From: Antechinus flavipes
Taxonomy: Eukaryota
Direction: 5' to 3'
Assembly (NCBI RefSeq): GCF_016432865.1
Contig: NC_067398.1
Location: forward strand, 91,450,001-91,514,000
Length of the DNA stretch: 64,000 bases
Numbering within the stretch: position 1 is the first letter of the stretch; every line of letters starts with the position of its first letter. A program made the position numbers and the translations under genes. The notes beneath the pieces were generated by a model. It saw only the letters and a list, made by a program, of their open reading frames with translations, had not been told where the DNA came from and did no database searches. Of this stretch, positions 63,050 to 64,000 are shown in pieces.

Positions 63050-64000
63050 TTTAATATAAGAGGATATTTGTGGTGTTTTATAGCTCTTTGCTTTACAAGT
63101 ATCAAGGTTCTCCCTCACTCTTCTCTTGAGGGAAGTGTATGTTCAAGGCTTACAGATGTGATCCCAGCAGCAGGGCTTATGTAAACTTCTGAGTGATTAT
63201 TGCTTGTGACAACTTTCAGAACAGCCACGGGTCCTATACTATAGGTTTAGTAGAACTGCTGAGTAAATAAAGAAGCAAGAATACGTGATCCCATAAACAC
63301 CTGAATTTTACCCTAGTGTTTATTGATGCCAGCCATATCGCTTCTCACATACTCCAGATGCTGCCAAAAGGATATTGCTTAATAATAATGCCTTTCTGGA
63401 TTACCAGGGAATAAAAATGTCTGAGGCACAGGTGAGGCTGCCTAGCTTCTTGGCTATAAACGCCAATAAAGAGCATCAGAGTGACTCATGCCAAAGGCTC
63501 TTCTTCTGTGGACTTGTTACACAAGTCTGCCATTGAGATGAAGAGGGGAAAAAATACCCATGTGAATGTTCCATCAGTTTATTGGGTCATCTGTTCAACA
63601 GATGATGTTCCCTTGTGAAGGACTGCTGTTGGCTTAACTGCCTCCTGCTTTGCTTCCTTGGGGCCAATTCTTGCCTTTATCTTAATTCCTCCTAATAGGG
63701 CAACATGATGAAGTCAGAATCCAAAAAGGATGAGAATGAACCTGAGAAGCTGCTTCCACGAGCACTGGATTTGCATCCCAACAGGGCAGTGGATGAAATA
63801 TAAACCAGCCCTGTCAGTGAAGAAACTGTTGAAGAAGCTTGGCTCTTGCTGCAGATGTCCTCTTATTGCCTTATTCATACACTCAAAGTGGAGTCAGGTC
63901 TACTCTCTATCTCAATGGGCAGCTCTCCCTCAAAACTTCTGATTTCTTAGCAAAATTGCTAGGAATCATACGGGGTTGCAACCTCTGCCACTGAAAGTCA
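63050..64000. other. Repeat-poor, relatively GC-rich unique block (pseudogene, UTR or viral fossil unresolved); truncated by window edge
   Basis: No recognisable SINE/LINE over ~950 bp; several frames have long stretches broken by scattered stops; no family could be assigned. Confidence 0.3.

Noticed and set aside
63100-63330. Minus-strand VFMGSRILASLFTQQ resembles actin VWIGGSILASLSTFQQ; the same stretch also resembles the Gypsy integrase GPY/F tail and bornavirus L (GS..., H.LPSR)
   Set aside because: Flanking motif spacing does not fit any of the three and the assignments exclude each other; treated as chance without a real search.
63560-63800. ALLGGIKIK...KPTAV...DG...PL...M resembles parvoviral NS1/Rep SF3 helicase motifs B'/C (also papillomavirus E1)
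   Set aside because: No intact Walker A or Walker B, and the alignment needs several large deletions; not supportable by eye.
1-64000. CRISPR arrays, rRNA, tRNA genes, operons, prokaryotic defence systems
   Set aside because: None seen; the tRNA-like A/B boxes all belong to SINE heads, and the DNA is mammalian.

Overview
This is eukaryotic, AT-rich, repeat-dominated mammalian DNA, not prokaryotic. The repeat complement (young WSINE1-type tRNA-derived SINEs, MAR1/MIR core-SINEs, marsupial L1 3' ends, RTE, L2, L3/CR1, hAT MITEs, an ERV solo LTR) indicates an Australian marsupial, probably a dasyurid such as the Tasmanian devil (inference from repeat recall, not a database hit). There is one 160-N assembly gap. 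No protein-coding gene could be named. Nearly all entries in the ORF track are artefacts of SINEs, LINE 3' ends or GA/TC low-complexity tracts. I found no CRISPR, rRNA or tRNA gene. Best-supported observations: a ~174-bp near-perfect inverted duplication flanking a 1.4-kb segment; a fossil Dong/R4-clade LINE with a readable restriction-like endonuclease frame; a young solo LTR with a 4-bp TSD inside an L2; a SINE with a duplicated 5' end and TSD; and young L1 insertions with TSDs. Tentative observations: splice-compatible minus-strand exons (9.4/10.6 kb, possible first exon at 31.5 kb), a plus-strand 60-nt exon, a 36-aa Cys-heptad micro-ORF, a D-loop-like AT-rich patch, and an unexplained repeat-poor block at the right edge. 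I did not find convincing evidence of a novel biological system. Repeat boundaries without TSDs are approximate (+/- tens of bp).
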